64,000 nucleotides of DNA from Candidatus Levybacteria bacterium RIFCSPHIGHO2_02_FULL_40_18 (GTDB lineage Bacteria; Patescibacteriota; Microgenomatia; Levybacterales; GWA1-39-11), in NCBI GenBank assembly GCA_001782235.1, contig MFOC01000004.1, positions 32,945 through 96,944 of the forward strand. Direction: 5' to 3'. The notes beneath the pieces are model-generated. The model worked only from the letters and a program-made list of their open reading frames with translations. It had not been told where the DNA came from and ran no database searches. The position numbers were made by a program, and so were the translations under genes. Shown piece after piece: positions 9,600 through 20,090 of the stretch (position 1 is its first letter; each line of letters opens with the position of its first letter).

Positions 9600-9800
9600 A
9601 TGAAAAATAGACAAGCGCAGGATAGAAAATTTGAGAAAAAGATGAAATACTACGAATTAATTTTCGAACGCTGGGAAAACGAGAACAGATTGTGGCATGA
9701 ATATCCTGACGAAATGTCACAGTCAACATTGAGGTTGTCCGAAAAGATGCTTAAGTACGAGTTAATAAAATGCAAACACGAAAAACCAATCGATAAATAA
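9600..9800 (+). CDS. Small hypothetical protein
   Basis: 66-aa ORF preceded by a TGTTATACT extended -10-like element. Confidence 0.3.
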   Translation: MKNRQAQDRKFEKKMKYYELIFERWENENRLWHEYPDEMSQSTLRLSEKMLKYELIKCKHEKPIDK

Positions 9801-9815
9801 TGTTATACTTAGTAT

Positions 9816-10166
9816 ATGGTTAAATCAATAAAGAAAAATAATCAAGTCGCAACAAAAACCGATGTTCAGACATTAAAAGTAGATATCCAAAGACTGGAGA
9901 AAAGCACAAAAGCCGATATTCAGGAGTTAAAGAAAGACTTGAAAGAAGAAGTGTTGGATTTGCGCGAAGGGATAGTAGACCAGGTTAATGGCAAAATGAA
10001 GCTGTATAAAGATGAGGTATTAACAAAACTGGATGGGATTTCGAAAGAGCTTCAGGATCTGAGGGAGGAAAATGCTGCCAGCACTTTGCATTTTGAAAGA
10101 CTAGACGAAAAAGTCGACAATCATGAAAAAAGAATCGCCCGCCTTGAACCTACACAAACTTCCTGA
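9816..10166 (+). CDS. Hypothetical coiled-coil protein
   Basis: 116 aa with a heptad-like charged pattern. It is preceded by the same TGTTATACT motif. Confidence 0.35.
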   Translation: MVKSIKKNNQVATKTDVQTLKVDIQRLEKSTKADIQELKKDLKEEVLDLREGIVDQVNGKMKLYKDEVLTKLDGISKELQDLREENAASTLHFERLDEKVDNHEKRIARLEPTQTS

Positions 10167-10211
10167 TTTTTCCATTGATTTATTTTGAAGTTTCGGCTAT
10201 AGTTTTAAATT

Positions 10212-11351
10212 ATGTTCGATAGTTTATTTCGTCTCTTTTCTCATGATTTGGGGATCGACTTGGGGACTGCAAATATATTAGTGCATGTAAGAGGAAAGGG
10301 GATTGCAATAAGAGAGCCTTCAATTGTTGCGCGGCACAATAAAACAAAAAAAGTTATTGCCGTGGGTAGTGAAGCAAAGAAAATGCTTGGTAAAACACCG
10401 GGAACAATCGACGCGATTAAGCCACTTGAACATGGAGTTATCTCGGATTTTGATGCGGCAACTTATATGTTTCAGTATTACATTCGCAAAGTCCATGAGG
10501 TAGGAACACCATTCTATCAATTTGCAAGACCTCGGGTGGCGGTGGGAATTCCTTCCGGTGTCACAGAAGTAGAACGGCGCGCGGTTTGGGAGTCGGCCCT
10601 GCAAGCCGGAGCGCGCGAGTGTTACTTGATTGAGGAGCCAATGGCCGCGGCAGTTGGAGCAGGAGTTTCAGTCTTTGAGCCGACAGGAGTTCTGATAGTT
10701 GATATTGGAGGGGGAACAACAGAGATTGCGGTAATCTCGCTTGGCGGAATCGTAGTGAACCGGTCTTTAAAAATTGCAGGAAATGAAATGGATCAGGCAA
10801 TCATTCATTATATAAGGCTTCGTCACGGATTATTAATTGGTGAAAAAACGGCTGAGGAGGTAAAAATAAAAATAGGGAGTGCTTATAAAGGAAAATCCCC
10901 CGCCAAGCGGAGTCAGCCTGTGGCTGAAAAAGTCGAGAAAGAGCTTGCTAAAGAAGGATTAGAAAAGGTAGAAATAGAAAAAGAAGGGCGGGAGAAGATT
11001 GCGATTATTCGGGGCCGCGATATTGAAACCGGATTGCCTAAATCCCTTCGTATTAACGAGACCGAAATTCGGGAAGCAATTGGGCCGGTGGTTTCAGAGA
11101 TTGTTGATGCGATTATGGAGGTTATTGAAGAGACACCGCCAGAATTAACGGCAGATATTCTGGAGCATGGGATAATGTTGACGGGTGGAGGTTCGCTTCT
11201 GCCGGGGGTGGACGAACTAATAATTGAACGGACAAAAATTCCAGTTATTCTTGTCGAGGATCCTTTAACTACGGTTGTCCGCGGCACCGCAAAGCTTCTT
11301 GAAGACACATCCCTCCTAAATCAAGTCAAAGTCACCGGCGGATTAAGATAG
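10212..11351 (+). CDS. mreB: Rod shape-determining protein MreB (with ~35-aa charged insertion)
   Basis: Actin-fold motifs (GIDLGTANILV, EEPMAAAVGAG, LIVDIGGGTTEIAV, GIMLTGGGSLL). There is a K/E-rich insertion after GSAYKG. Confidence 0.9.
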   Translation: MFDSLFRLFSHDLGIDLGTANILVHVRGKGIAIREPSIVARHNKTKKVIAVGSEAKKMLGKTPGTIDAIKPLEHGVISDFDAATYMFQYYIRKVHEVGTPFYQFARPRVAVGIPSGVTEVERRAVWESALQAGARECYLIEEPMAAAVGAGVSVFEPTGVLIVDIGGGTTEIAVISLGGIVVNRSLKIAGNEMDQAIIHYIRLRHGLLIGEKTAEEVKIKIGSAYKGKSPAKRSQPVAEKVEKELAKEGLEKVEIEKEGREKIAIIRGRDIETGLPKSLRINETEIREAIGPVVSEIVDAIMEVIEETPPELTADILEHGIMLTGGGSLLPGVDELIIERTKIPVILVEDPLTTVVRGTAKLLEDTSLLNQVKVTGGLR

Positions 11352-11388
11352 AATTGATTTCAATTTCTAAAAGAGCTACAATAGCTCC

Positions 11389-11811
11389 ATGTTAGAAGCC
11401 GAAAGAGAACGTCATCAACGAGAACAGACAAGAGAAATGGCTAAAGGGTTTGTAAACGATGCGCTGTTACCTTTGGTGTCCGGTAAGGGCGAGGTGACGT
11501 ATAGAGATGTTTCAATCCTTCTTCTAGGATATAGAACAGCAAAAAGATTTAGAATTACTGAAACTGCTATTATCAATGCGATCGGTGATCAAATAAGAAC
11601 TATTGAAAATGCTCCAATCAACGATTCATCCGTTTTAAATTTAGTTAAAAGCGCATTGTTGTTTCATGACTCTATTGAGGATAGAAGAAGAATCAGAGAA
11701 GTTATTAATATGTTAAAGCCGCACCCCGATTTACTCGCAAGCGCTATTCAAATTATGACACATGAACAACTTGAAATGTATCTTTTTGGAAAAGACGAAG
11801 AAGACAATTAA
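11389..11811 (+). CDS. Hypothetical protein
   Basis: 140-aa ORF with no recognisable motif. Confidence 0.3.
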   Translation: MLEAERERHQREQTREMAKGFVNDALLPLVSGKGEVTYRDVSILLLGYRTAKRFRITETAIINAIGDQIRTIENAPINDSSVLNLVKSALLFHDSIEDRRRIREVINMLKPHPDLLASAIQIMTHEQLEMYLFGKDEEDN

Positions 11812-11872
11812 GATCGATTGCTTCGAAGTCAAAAGTCACGGGAGGGTTGAGATAATGTGATATAATCGATTC

Positions 11873-12055
11873 ATGATGGAGAAACAACCAAAACCTACCA
11901 AGCTAATTGTAGAAAGAGCCGATCCGGTTTTATTAAAGAAAGCCATTGAAGAATTTCGAGGAGCAATAAGAAGAGATGCTGAGACCAAACGTTATGCTCC
12001 GCCTCCTGTAATTCCTGTTGAATGGCAAGATGCGTTTCCTCATCTCCCTCGGTAA
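11873..12055 (+). CDS. Small hypothetical protein
   Basis: 60-aa ORF preceded by a TGaTATAAT extended -10-like element. Confidence 0.25.
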   Translation: MMEKQPKPTKLIVERADPVLLKKAIEEFRGAIRRDAETKRYAPPPVIPVEWQDAFPHLPR

Positions 12056-12086
12056 AATCGGCACTTACCCTGAAGAATTTGAAGGG

Positions 12087-12115
12087 TTGACAACAGCCTC
12101 GTGGTGTACTATTAT
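12087..12115 (+). promoter_or_regulatory. Sigma-70-type promoter upstream of 16S rRNA (TTGACA-17 bp-TATTAT)
   Basis: Perfect -35 hexamer and a near-consensus -10 with 17-bp spacing, ~360 nt upstream of the mature 16S 5' end. Confidence 0.5.
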
Positions 12116-12470
12116 ATAGAGACTGATTTGGAAGATCGCGGTACATTTGAGGATGACAGCTAATGACACGTTCATAATTACAATTTCCTTCAAATTTTAG
12201 GGACAAATTTTTTGCCCCGTAGCAATCTCCCGAAATCACTCATTTAAAGTTCGCTCTTTAAAAATTATTGTTCAGAAAACAAGACAATCGCAAAGATTGG
12301 ATTTCTTTGGAGTTTTGTTTTTGTTGGACAAACCATAAAGTTGTTCAGATAGTGGTAGGATCTTTTTCGAACATTTTTGTTCGAGAATTTTCTTTGACAG
12401 AGTACATTTTTTTGCCAGGTACCATTCGGTACCTGACTGCAAAAATTTTGACTCCGTCAAAATTTTTTTG

Positions 12471-14066
<1,596 letters not shown>

Positions 14067-14248
14067 AGTTTTTAAGATGTAAGTAATCTATCTTACATCT
14101 TACATCTTAGTTACTTATTTACTAGTTTTTCCTGGCTCCTGGGACCTTTTAGTACAAAAGGAATGGAGTATCCCGATTTAATCGGGAAAACCTATTCCTA
14201 CCACTATCTGAGCAACCTTCTGGCGAAGCCAGATCCCGCTCCGCGGGA

Positions 14249-14524
14249 TTATTGCTTTCCCCAGCTTTTTGTAATTTGTAATTTCAAGTCTTCTTTCGCT
14301 CTGTGGTTTAATTTTAACCGTTTCTCTCTTTTCGTGGCATCGAATTTATTTCTGTAGGCTTCATAGTAAATTAACAGCCAAGGTGCATATCGCTTGGTGT
14401 AATTACTTAATCCTTTATTATGTTGTTCGACTCGTTTTTTTAAATCGCGAGCAAATCCAATATATAAATCTCCGTTTTTTGAGCTTTTTAAAGCGTAAAC
14501 GTAATACATAATTTTATTATACAA
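14249..14524 (-). CDS. GIY-YIG nuclease family protein (UPF0213/YhbQ-like)
   Basis: YVYALKSSKNGDLYIGFARDLKKRVEQHN matches the GIY-YIG core. It is a ~90-aa single-domain protein. Confidence 0.75.
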   Translation of the reverse strand: MYNKIMYYVYALKSSKNGDLYIGFARDLKKRVEQHNKGLSNYTKRYAPWLLIYYEAYRNKFDATKREKRLKLNHRAKEDLKLQITKSWGKQ

Positions 14525-14639
14525 TCTACGAATAAAAGTGGAATGTCTTTATGTTTCCCCTCAGTGTTTGCCGCAGGGGATTTTTTGTAATGTTAATTAC
14601 ATACTTGTTTTTTCTTTTTGCTATTTTATAATTATTCTC

Positions 14640-15560
14640 ATGAAAGAAGACGAACGAATACTTCTAAGAGAACATAGAGAAAGTGCTTTGGCTTCTGATT
14701 TGCTTGCTCAGGAGGCGCTGGATGTAGCACGAAGACTATTTCCCCAAGATACAGCTCTTTCCCTTATGTCCACAAAATATGATTCAAAAAATCCAAATTC
14801 TTACGCATTTTATAGTACAATAGTTAGTCATATTAGGCAATATCCGAGTGAAGATCAAAATAATTTTTTTTTGGAAGTTTGGGGTCCTAATGGCATAGAC
14901 GTTCCAAATGCTGAATTATTAGCGAGCTATCTTACGAGGTGTAATACTATTCCGTGGTTCTCTCCAAAAGAAGAAGTAGATGTAGCAATTTTACAAGCAC
15001 ATATCAGCGAGCATTTGTCCGCCTTAAATTCGGAAAGTTTACCAATAACGCTTATCAAAAATGATTGGAGCGTAGAAGTTACAACAGAAATGGAACAGGA
15101 GGAGATAGAGGATGGTCCTGGAACCCAATTTTTTGCCGCTTTTGGAAATGTTAAGAGTAGAGAATTGGAGGGTATGGGAAGTCCAATATGGTCATCGATT
15201 TGGGTAACTGCTTCGAATCCTGTTTTTGAAGCAATCAGCAAAGACAGCGAAGATAAGTTCATGGGTAAATTAGAAGGAAGGTTGATGTTTGGAGGTGGAA
15301 TAGAAGATTTTAAAGAAGACGAAAAGAGAAGTACGGGATTATACTTTGCTGGTTGGACAGCTGCAAGTCATGCGTCAACTGGCGCAAAATATTATGTATA
15401 CATGGATGAGATGAAAAAGTTTGGATTTTCTAATAATCCCATGGAATCATTGATTGATATTTATAAACTAGGATATTATCCGATGGGAGTTTTAGAGCAA
15501 GAAGTAGATGGTGAGAAAAAAAGAGTATTTGGAATTTTCCAGCCTCCAATACAATCTTGA
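14640..15560 (+). CDS. Hypothetical protein
   Basis: The ORF track gives 14538..15560. The likely start is the internal Met (MKEDERILL). No motif recognised. Confidence 0.4.
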   Translation: MKEDERILLREHRESALASDLLAQEALDVARRLFPQDTALSLMSTKYDSKNPNSYAFYSTIVSHIRQYPSEDQNNFFLEVWGPNGIDVPNAELLASYLTRCNTIPWFSPKEEVDVAILQAHISEHLSALNSESLPITLIKNDWSVEVTTEMEQEEIEDGPGTQFFAAFGNVKSRELEGMGSPIWSSIWVTASNPVFEAISKDSEDKFMGKLEGRLMFGGGIEDFKEDEKRSTGLYFAGWTAASHASTGAKYYVYMDEMKKFGFSNNPMESLIDIYKLGYYPMGVLEQEVDGEKKRVFGIFQPPIQS

Positions 15561-15589
15561 GCATCTATTATCTATTTTCTATTCCCTAT

Positions 15590-15925
15590 TTACTGCTTCG
15601 GTAAAGTGCAGCAGAAAGATTCGCGGCCTAAAGAGGTGGTACACATTTCATTACCTTCGTACTTAACAATTTCTCCGGGGTTACAAAAAGTTTGAGACCG
15701 GCAAGTATTTGTAGATCCGTCTGGGTTTACGGCAGGACATCCGGGAGATGTAGTAACTTGCGCAGACGGGACTTCAGTTGCTTGAGGTGTCAAGGTTTGG
15801 CGCTGGTTAACAAGGAATATCGTTACTGGAAGAGAGATTGCCACAAAAAGAAAAACCAATCCCCCGAGAACCTTCATCCCATCATTCATTAAATTTAGTA
15901 TCGCGCGAATAGAGCAATTTGTCAA
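15590..15925 (-). CDS. Small secreted/membrane-anchored Cys-rich protein
   Basis: An N-terminal TM/signal segment (KVLGGLVFLFVAISLPVTIFLV) followed by a domain with 8 Cys. The start may be an internal Met. Confidence 0.4.
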   Translation of the reverse strand: MTNCSIRAILNLMNDGMKVLGGLVFLFVAISLPVTIFLVNQRQTLTPQATEVPSAQVTTSPGCPAVNPDGSTNTCRSQTFCNPGEIVKYEGNEMCTTSLGRESFCCTLPKQ

Positions 15926-15983
15926 ATCTTGCCAAGACTTAATAGATTTCGAAGCTAATTTATGTTAAACTGTTAAGTCTTTT

Positions 15984-16055
15984 GATCCGGTGGCGAAGTG
16001 GTAACGCGGGGGTCTGCAAAACCTCTATGCGAGGGTTCGATTCCCTTCCGGATCT
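15984..16055 (+). tRNA. tRNA-Cys (GCA)
   Basis: Cloverleaf folded by hand. Acceptor GATCCGG/CCGGATC, anticodon stem GGGGT/ACCTC with loop CTGCAAA, T-arm GAGGG-TTCGATT-CCCTT, and U73 discriminator. Confidence 0.8.
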
Positions 16056-16080
16056 CAAAATTTGTTAAAATATGTAGTTC

Positions 16081-16124
16081 GGGCAACTAGTTCATCGGTT
16101 AGAACGGTCGCCTAAGGCGACAGG
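16081..16124 (+). pseudogene. Truncated tRNA-like sequence (5' half only: acceptor strand, D-arm, hairpin), abutting the GIY-YIG ORF
   Basis: GGGCAAC-TA-GTTC-ATCGGTTA-GAAC-G-GTCGCCTAAGGCGAC has an Asp/Arg-like D-arm but no T-arm or 3' acceptor strand. The 3' portion is replaced by the GTG start of the GIY-YIG ORF. Confidence 0.4.
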
Positions 16125-16127
16125 CGC

Positions 16128-16373
16128 GTGATTAAATATTTTGTATATGTTTTGAGAAGCGAAGTAAATGGCCGACTCTATACTGGATCAGCCGTTGATC
16201 CGGACTTAAGACTTGAGCAACATAATACGGGTAAAAGTAAATATACAAAATCAACGCGACCATTTAAATTAGTCTACAAGGAGGAATATAATACTAGATC
16301 GGATGCGGTTCGAAGAGAAAGATTTCTGAAGACAGGAAAAGGAAGAGAGTTTTTAAAGAAAAAATTGGGGTGA
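16128..16373 (+). CDS. GIY-YIG nuclease family protein (UPF0213/YhbQ-like), paralog of 14249..14524
   Basis: YFVYVLRSEVNGRLYTGSAVDPDLRLEQHN. It has a GTG start, and its stop overlaps the first bases of tRNA-Ile. Confidence 0.7.
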   Translation: MIKYFVYVLRSEVNGRLYTGSAVDPDLRLEQHNTGKSKYTKSTRPFKLVYKEEYNTRSDAVRRERFLKTGKGREFLKKKLG

Positions 16374-16440
16374 TTGGCTCAGTGGTAGAGCGCGTTCCTG
16401 ATAAGAACGAGGTCGATGGTTCGATCCCATCATCACCCAC
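16368..16440 (+). tRNA. tRNA-Ile (GAT)
   Basis: Acceptor GGGTGAT/ATCACCC, D-arm GCTC-AGTGGTA-GAGC, anticodon stem CGTTC/GAACG with loop CTGATAA, T-arm GATGG-TTCGATC-CCATC, and A73. Confidence 0.8.
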
Positions 16441-16447
16441 ACTCATT

Positions 16448-17089
16448 TTATTGTCCCGCGGGAGTTGCAGTCGGGAATATAGTCACAGGGACAAATGGAG
16501 ATGTTGTTTGCGTTGATAGAACAATATTTAAAGGCATTGTCTCTTTGAGTGCGGATTCATTTTCTCCAAGCACCGTAACGAGCGTTTTTTCAAGGAAGGC
16601 TACAGTTGTAGCGCCTCGAGAATTAAATGCCTTTTGGAAAGAGAATGTTGCAATTTTTCCCACGCCCTTCTTAGGTCTCTGATTAGAAGAGATAGCTATA
16701 GCGTAAGAAATTCTTCCGGATTCTTGGATTACATCATTAAATAATATTATGGAATCCGTTCCAAAGAAGCTTGAGGCGTCTACTGAAGGGAACAGTTTCA
16801 CATTGACGAGCGCATTCGGGTCATATTGGATTTCCGCTTGCACACCGGCGATTTCCGAGTTTCCCGTATCAACAAAAATATCAACAGTGGGAGAACTTGT
16901 AGCGGATCCGGTTGATAAGTCAATATTGGCAGGGCTAAAAAAAACCTTTGCGGTTTTCTCAAGCGGCTTTTTTGTGGGAACAGTGGCTGTGGTAGGTTGT
17001 TTTCCAGTTTCTGATCTTACTGCAAGAAACAAGAGTATGCCCGTGACTACGGACAATATCAGGATCAGTATGGTAGTTTTCTTAGGCAC
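16448..17089 (-). CDS. Hypothetical membrane-anchored extracellular protein
   Basis: N-terminal TM segment. The remainder is Thr/Ser-rich and beta-rich. Confidence 0.45.
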   Translation of the reverse strand: MPKKTTILILILSVVTGILLFLAVRSETGKQPTTATVPTKKPLEKTAKVFFSPANIDLSTGSATSSPTVDIFVDTGNSEIAGVQAEIQYDPNALVNVKLFPSVDASSFFGTDSIILFNDVIQESGRISYAIAISSNQRPKKGVGKIATFSFQKAFNSRGATTVAFLEKTLVTVLGENESALKETMPLNIVLSTQTTSPFVPVTIFPTATPAGQ

Positions 17090-17130
17090 ATATTTATTAT
17101 CAAATGTTAAATGTTAAATGTCAACCCACC

Positions 17131-18762
17131 TTAGTCTCCAAACCTATGCGCAAAACCAAAATATAGGATGTTAAGGTCAATTTCGTCAATTTTATCGTCA
17201 TCGTTAAAGTCAAAAAGCTTTCGATCCATGCTAAAATCTGCTATAGAAGATGTGAAATCGCCCGGGTTAAACTCGGTGTTGCAAGATGGGTTCTGAAGAC
17301 AGCTTATCATAAGAGTATAATCGGTAAGATTTATTTCATTGTCCTGATTCACGTCTCCTGAAACGAGTGCGGCAACCGGTGCTTGATGTGTTGTGCCCGA
17401 CGTAATATTTTGTATTCCGGGTACAAGTTTAAAGAGAGTATTATTCATCCTTGTTTTAACAAGATATGGTCCGGAGGCAAAATTTACCCCTAGGTTAAGC
17501 GTCCCTTTATATATGCCTTCCAATGCGGCAAAGTTTACATCTGCGTCAAAAGAGGCAACGTTTGCATTTTGCGAGTCGGTTAAACTTGCCTGAATGTCTC
17601 TTTGCGCTCGGGCAGGATTGTTATTTATGCCTGCCGATGTTGTTGCTCCAATTCCCGTAAGTGATAAGGAAAGATTAAGAAGGGTGGTGGCGGAGGGCGT
17701 GGCCGTAGGAGTGACGGTTATAATTTCTTTTACTCCAAAATTTTTTTCGGTTTGGGAATCTCCATTGATTATTGTTATGTCATATTTGCCGCCTTGAGGC
17801 CCAGTGATTGTCCATCCCGCTCTCTGTTTTAGGCTGAGGGTATAGTTTCCGTCACAAACCCCCGTAAAACTAAAGCCCCCGGAGCTGTCTGTTGTGAAGA
17901 TTAAAACCTGATTGCTCTCTGTCTTAAGTTCTGTGTCCCAACCTGATTGAGTTTGCTCATCTTGGTCGTAAGTTCCGTTTCCATTCGTATCATTATACAC
18001 GAATCCCGTTATAGATCCTTTGCCTACAATTTGAGAGATCTGATTGTAAATTGACTTTAGATCATCAGCGGAAGGGGCGGCAAAATACTTTCCTCCCGTT
18101 AAGTTAGCAATTTCCTCAAGGAAGTCCGTCTGAATATCTTTACCCAAGCCGATAGTAAAGAAGACAGTATTATTTTGAGAAAATCCATTCTTTATCTCAT
18201 CAAGTGCCGCTTTTGATGCCAAAATAAAATCTTCCCGCACATCACTGTCAATTGTTCTATTTGCCCGGCCATCAGTGAGAATTATAACAACGTTTTTAAC
18301 ATTCACACTTTTATTTGCCGAAATCTCTTCATTCGCCTTTTTTATTCCGCATTGAGTGCAGGTTTCGCCGTCTGCGGGGAGGTTGTCTATTTTTGAATTT
18401 ACATCTTGGAAATTGTTCGTAAGCGGGCTGTTAAGTTGTGTCTTGGATGGCGTTGAAAATGAAACCAGACCTATCCTGTTGTTTGTATCGCCGGATATAA
18501 GGTTTACAAAATTTTTTGCAGCCTCGGAAGCTTTCTTTATCGCGTCATTTTGCCTCATGCTTCCCGACTTGTCAATGACAAGTATTATGTCAGCAGCTAC
18601 ATTTGCGCATACTTGCGCTGCGCGTTGGCGTATATCTCGTTGCTCGCCAAGCAAGGAGAGCGTAACAGGTATGGCAAGAGTTAGTGCCGCTATAAAAAAA
18701 ATTGCAGCTGCCCTTTTATATGAGGAAAAAATAAATTCAAAACCGGCTATCAATTTTTCCAT
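17131..18762 (-). CDS. Secreted von Willebrand factor type A (VWA) domain protein with C-terminal dockerin-like repeats
   Basis: MIDAS motif ILVIDKSGSM ... LVSFS ... LTDG. C-terminus DVNQDNEINLTDYTLM ... DFNDDDKIDEIDLNILYF resembles dockerin Ca-binding repeats. Confidence 0.7.
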   Translation of the reverse strand: MEKLIAGFEFIFSSYKRAAAIFFIAALTLAIPVTLSLLGEQRDIRQRAAQVCANVAADIILVIDKSGSMRQNDAIKKASEAAKNFVNLISGDTNNRIGLVSFSTPSKTQLNSPLTNNFQDVNSKIDNLPADGETCTQCGIKKANEEISANKSVNVKNVVIILTDGRANRTIDSDVREDFILASKAALDEIKNGFSQNNTVFFTIGLGKDIQTDFLEEIANLTGGKYFAAPSADDLKSIYNQISQIVGKGSITGFVYNDTNGNGTYDQDEQTQSGWDTELKTESNQVLIFTTDSSGGFSFTGVCDGNYTLSLKQRAGWTITGPQGGKYDITIINGDSQTEKNFGVKEIITVTPTATPSATTLLNLSLSLTGIGATTSAGINNNPARAQRDIQASLTDSQNANVASFDADVNFAALEGIYKGTLNLGVNFASGPYLVKTRMNNTLFKLVPGIQNITSGTTHQAPVAALVSGDVNQDNEINLTDYTLMISCLQNPSCNTEFNPGDFTSSIADFSMDRKLFDFNDDDKIDEIDLNILYFGFAHRFGD

Positions 18763-18852
18763 AGATACTCAATCTAGGATAAGTAATTTACAAGAATCTG
18801 TCAATCCTGTTAAATAGGCTTTGCATTTAACAGGATCAACAATATATAATGG

Positions 18853-19434
18853 TTGACAATTATGGTTTTGTCTGACCGGGATATCAAAGCAGCATTAAAA
18901 GAAAAAAGAATTGTAGTTGCTCCCGCCCCCGATTTAAAAACACAACTTGGTACCTGTTCGCTAGATCTGCGACTTGGTAACATTTTCCGAGTTTTCGATC
19001 ATAGTAGATACCCTTATATAGATCCTGCGAGACGCGATTATAGTAATGAAATTACAAAAAAAGTTGTTATTAAAAACGGAGAAGATTTTATTATGCAGCC
19101 GGGCGATTTTGTTCTGGCTATGACACTTGAGAGAGTCAGGCTCCCAAATAACATGATGGGAAGACTCGAAGGAAGGTCGTCGCTTGGGAGGATTGGAATA
19201 GTGGTACATTCAACTGCCTCAATTTTTGATGCGGGATGGGATGGACACTGCGTACTTGAACTTGGGAATCTTGGGAAAATGGCTGTAAAACTTACTCCTG
19301 GAATGAGAATATGCGCCATGAGCTTTGAGGAGCTTAAGAGCGAGGTAGAAACGCCTTATGTAAAAAAGAAAAATTCAAAATATAAAATTCAAAAAGAGCC
19401 TACGGAATCAAAATTTCACGAAGATAAAAAATGA
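18853..19434 (+). CDS. dcd: dCTP deaminase
   Basis: dUTPase-superfamily fold with a Dcd-like N-terminus (LSDRDIKAALKEKRIVVAP) and GWDGHCVLELGN. Its stop overlaps the tmk start (ATGA). Confidence 0.8.
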   Translation: MTIMVLSDRDIKAALKEKRIVVAPAPDLKTQLGTCSLDLRLGNIFRVFDHSRYPYIDPARRDYSNEITKKVVIKNGEDFIMQPGDFVLAMTLERVRLPNNMMGRLEGRSSLGRIGIVVHSTASIFDAGWDGHCVLELGNLGKMAVKLTPGMRICAMSFEELKSEVETPYVKKKNSKYKIQKEPTESKFHEDKK

Positions 19435-20090
19435 AGCATAAAGTTTCTTTCGAGTTAGAATTAAAAAAGCATGATTATCCTGGGAAATTCATTGTGCTTG
19501 AGGGAATTGATGCGGCCGGCAAGACAACCCATTCATTTGAGCTTGTTGATAAATTGAAAAGAGAAGGGCATAAAACAGTTTATACAAAAGAACCGACAGA
19601 CGGAGAAATAGGAAGGTTAATAAGACAGGTTTTGGTCGAAAATATTAAGGTTCCGCCGGTTGCCCTTCAATATCTTTTTTGTGCGGATCGCGCAGTGCAT
19701 CAGGAAAAGATTATTTCATATCTTAAAAAAGGACACACTGTCATTTCAGACAGATATTTCTGGTCGGCTGTCGCTTATGGAATTGCTGATCTCTCAGGAG
19801 TTATGGATTATTATCTGACAGTATATTCTGTTCTTTCTTTTTACAACCAGTTTATAAGTCCTGATTTTACATTTTTTCTAGATGTCGAGGTAGATGAAGC
19901 AGTTAGAAGAATCAAGAAGAGCCACGAACACAGGGAAATTTATGATGATCGCGACAAAATTATCAAAATAAAAGATTCTTATGAAAAGCTGATCAACATG
20001 TTTCCCGAAGAATTTATAGTCATCAATGCCAACAAACCTATTGACGCTGTTTCAAAGGAATTATTGGAGCAAATGAGAAGGAAGATATGA
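19431..20090 (+). CDS. tmk: Thymidylate kinase
   Basis: P-loop FIVLEGIDAAGKTT, the DRY motif (SDRYFWS) and a lid region. Confidence 0.85.
   Translation: MKHKVSFELELKKHDYPGKFIVLEGIDAAGKTTHSFELVDKLKREGHKTVYTKEPTDGEIGRLIRQVLVENIKVPPVALQYLFCADRAVHQEKIISYLKKGHTVISDRYFWSAVAYGIADLSGVMDYYLTVYSVLSFYNQFISPDFTFFLDVEVDEAVRRIKKSHEHREIYDDRDKIIKIKDSYEKLINMFPEEFIVINANKPIDAVSKELLEQMRRKI

Noticed and set aside
12395-12470. Second and third rRNA promoter candidates (TTGACAgag… at 12395; TTGACTccg… at 12449)
   Set aside because: No acceptable -10 hexamer sits at 16-18 bp spacing. The palindrome ttttgactccgtcaaaa at 12445-12461 is more likely a processing stem.
14067-16440. 23S or 5S rRNA, or tRNA-Ala, expected after the 16S
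   Set aside because: No 23S-like or 5S-like conserved blocks are visible downstream. Only tRNA-Cys, a tRNA fragment and tRNA-Ile were found.
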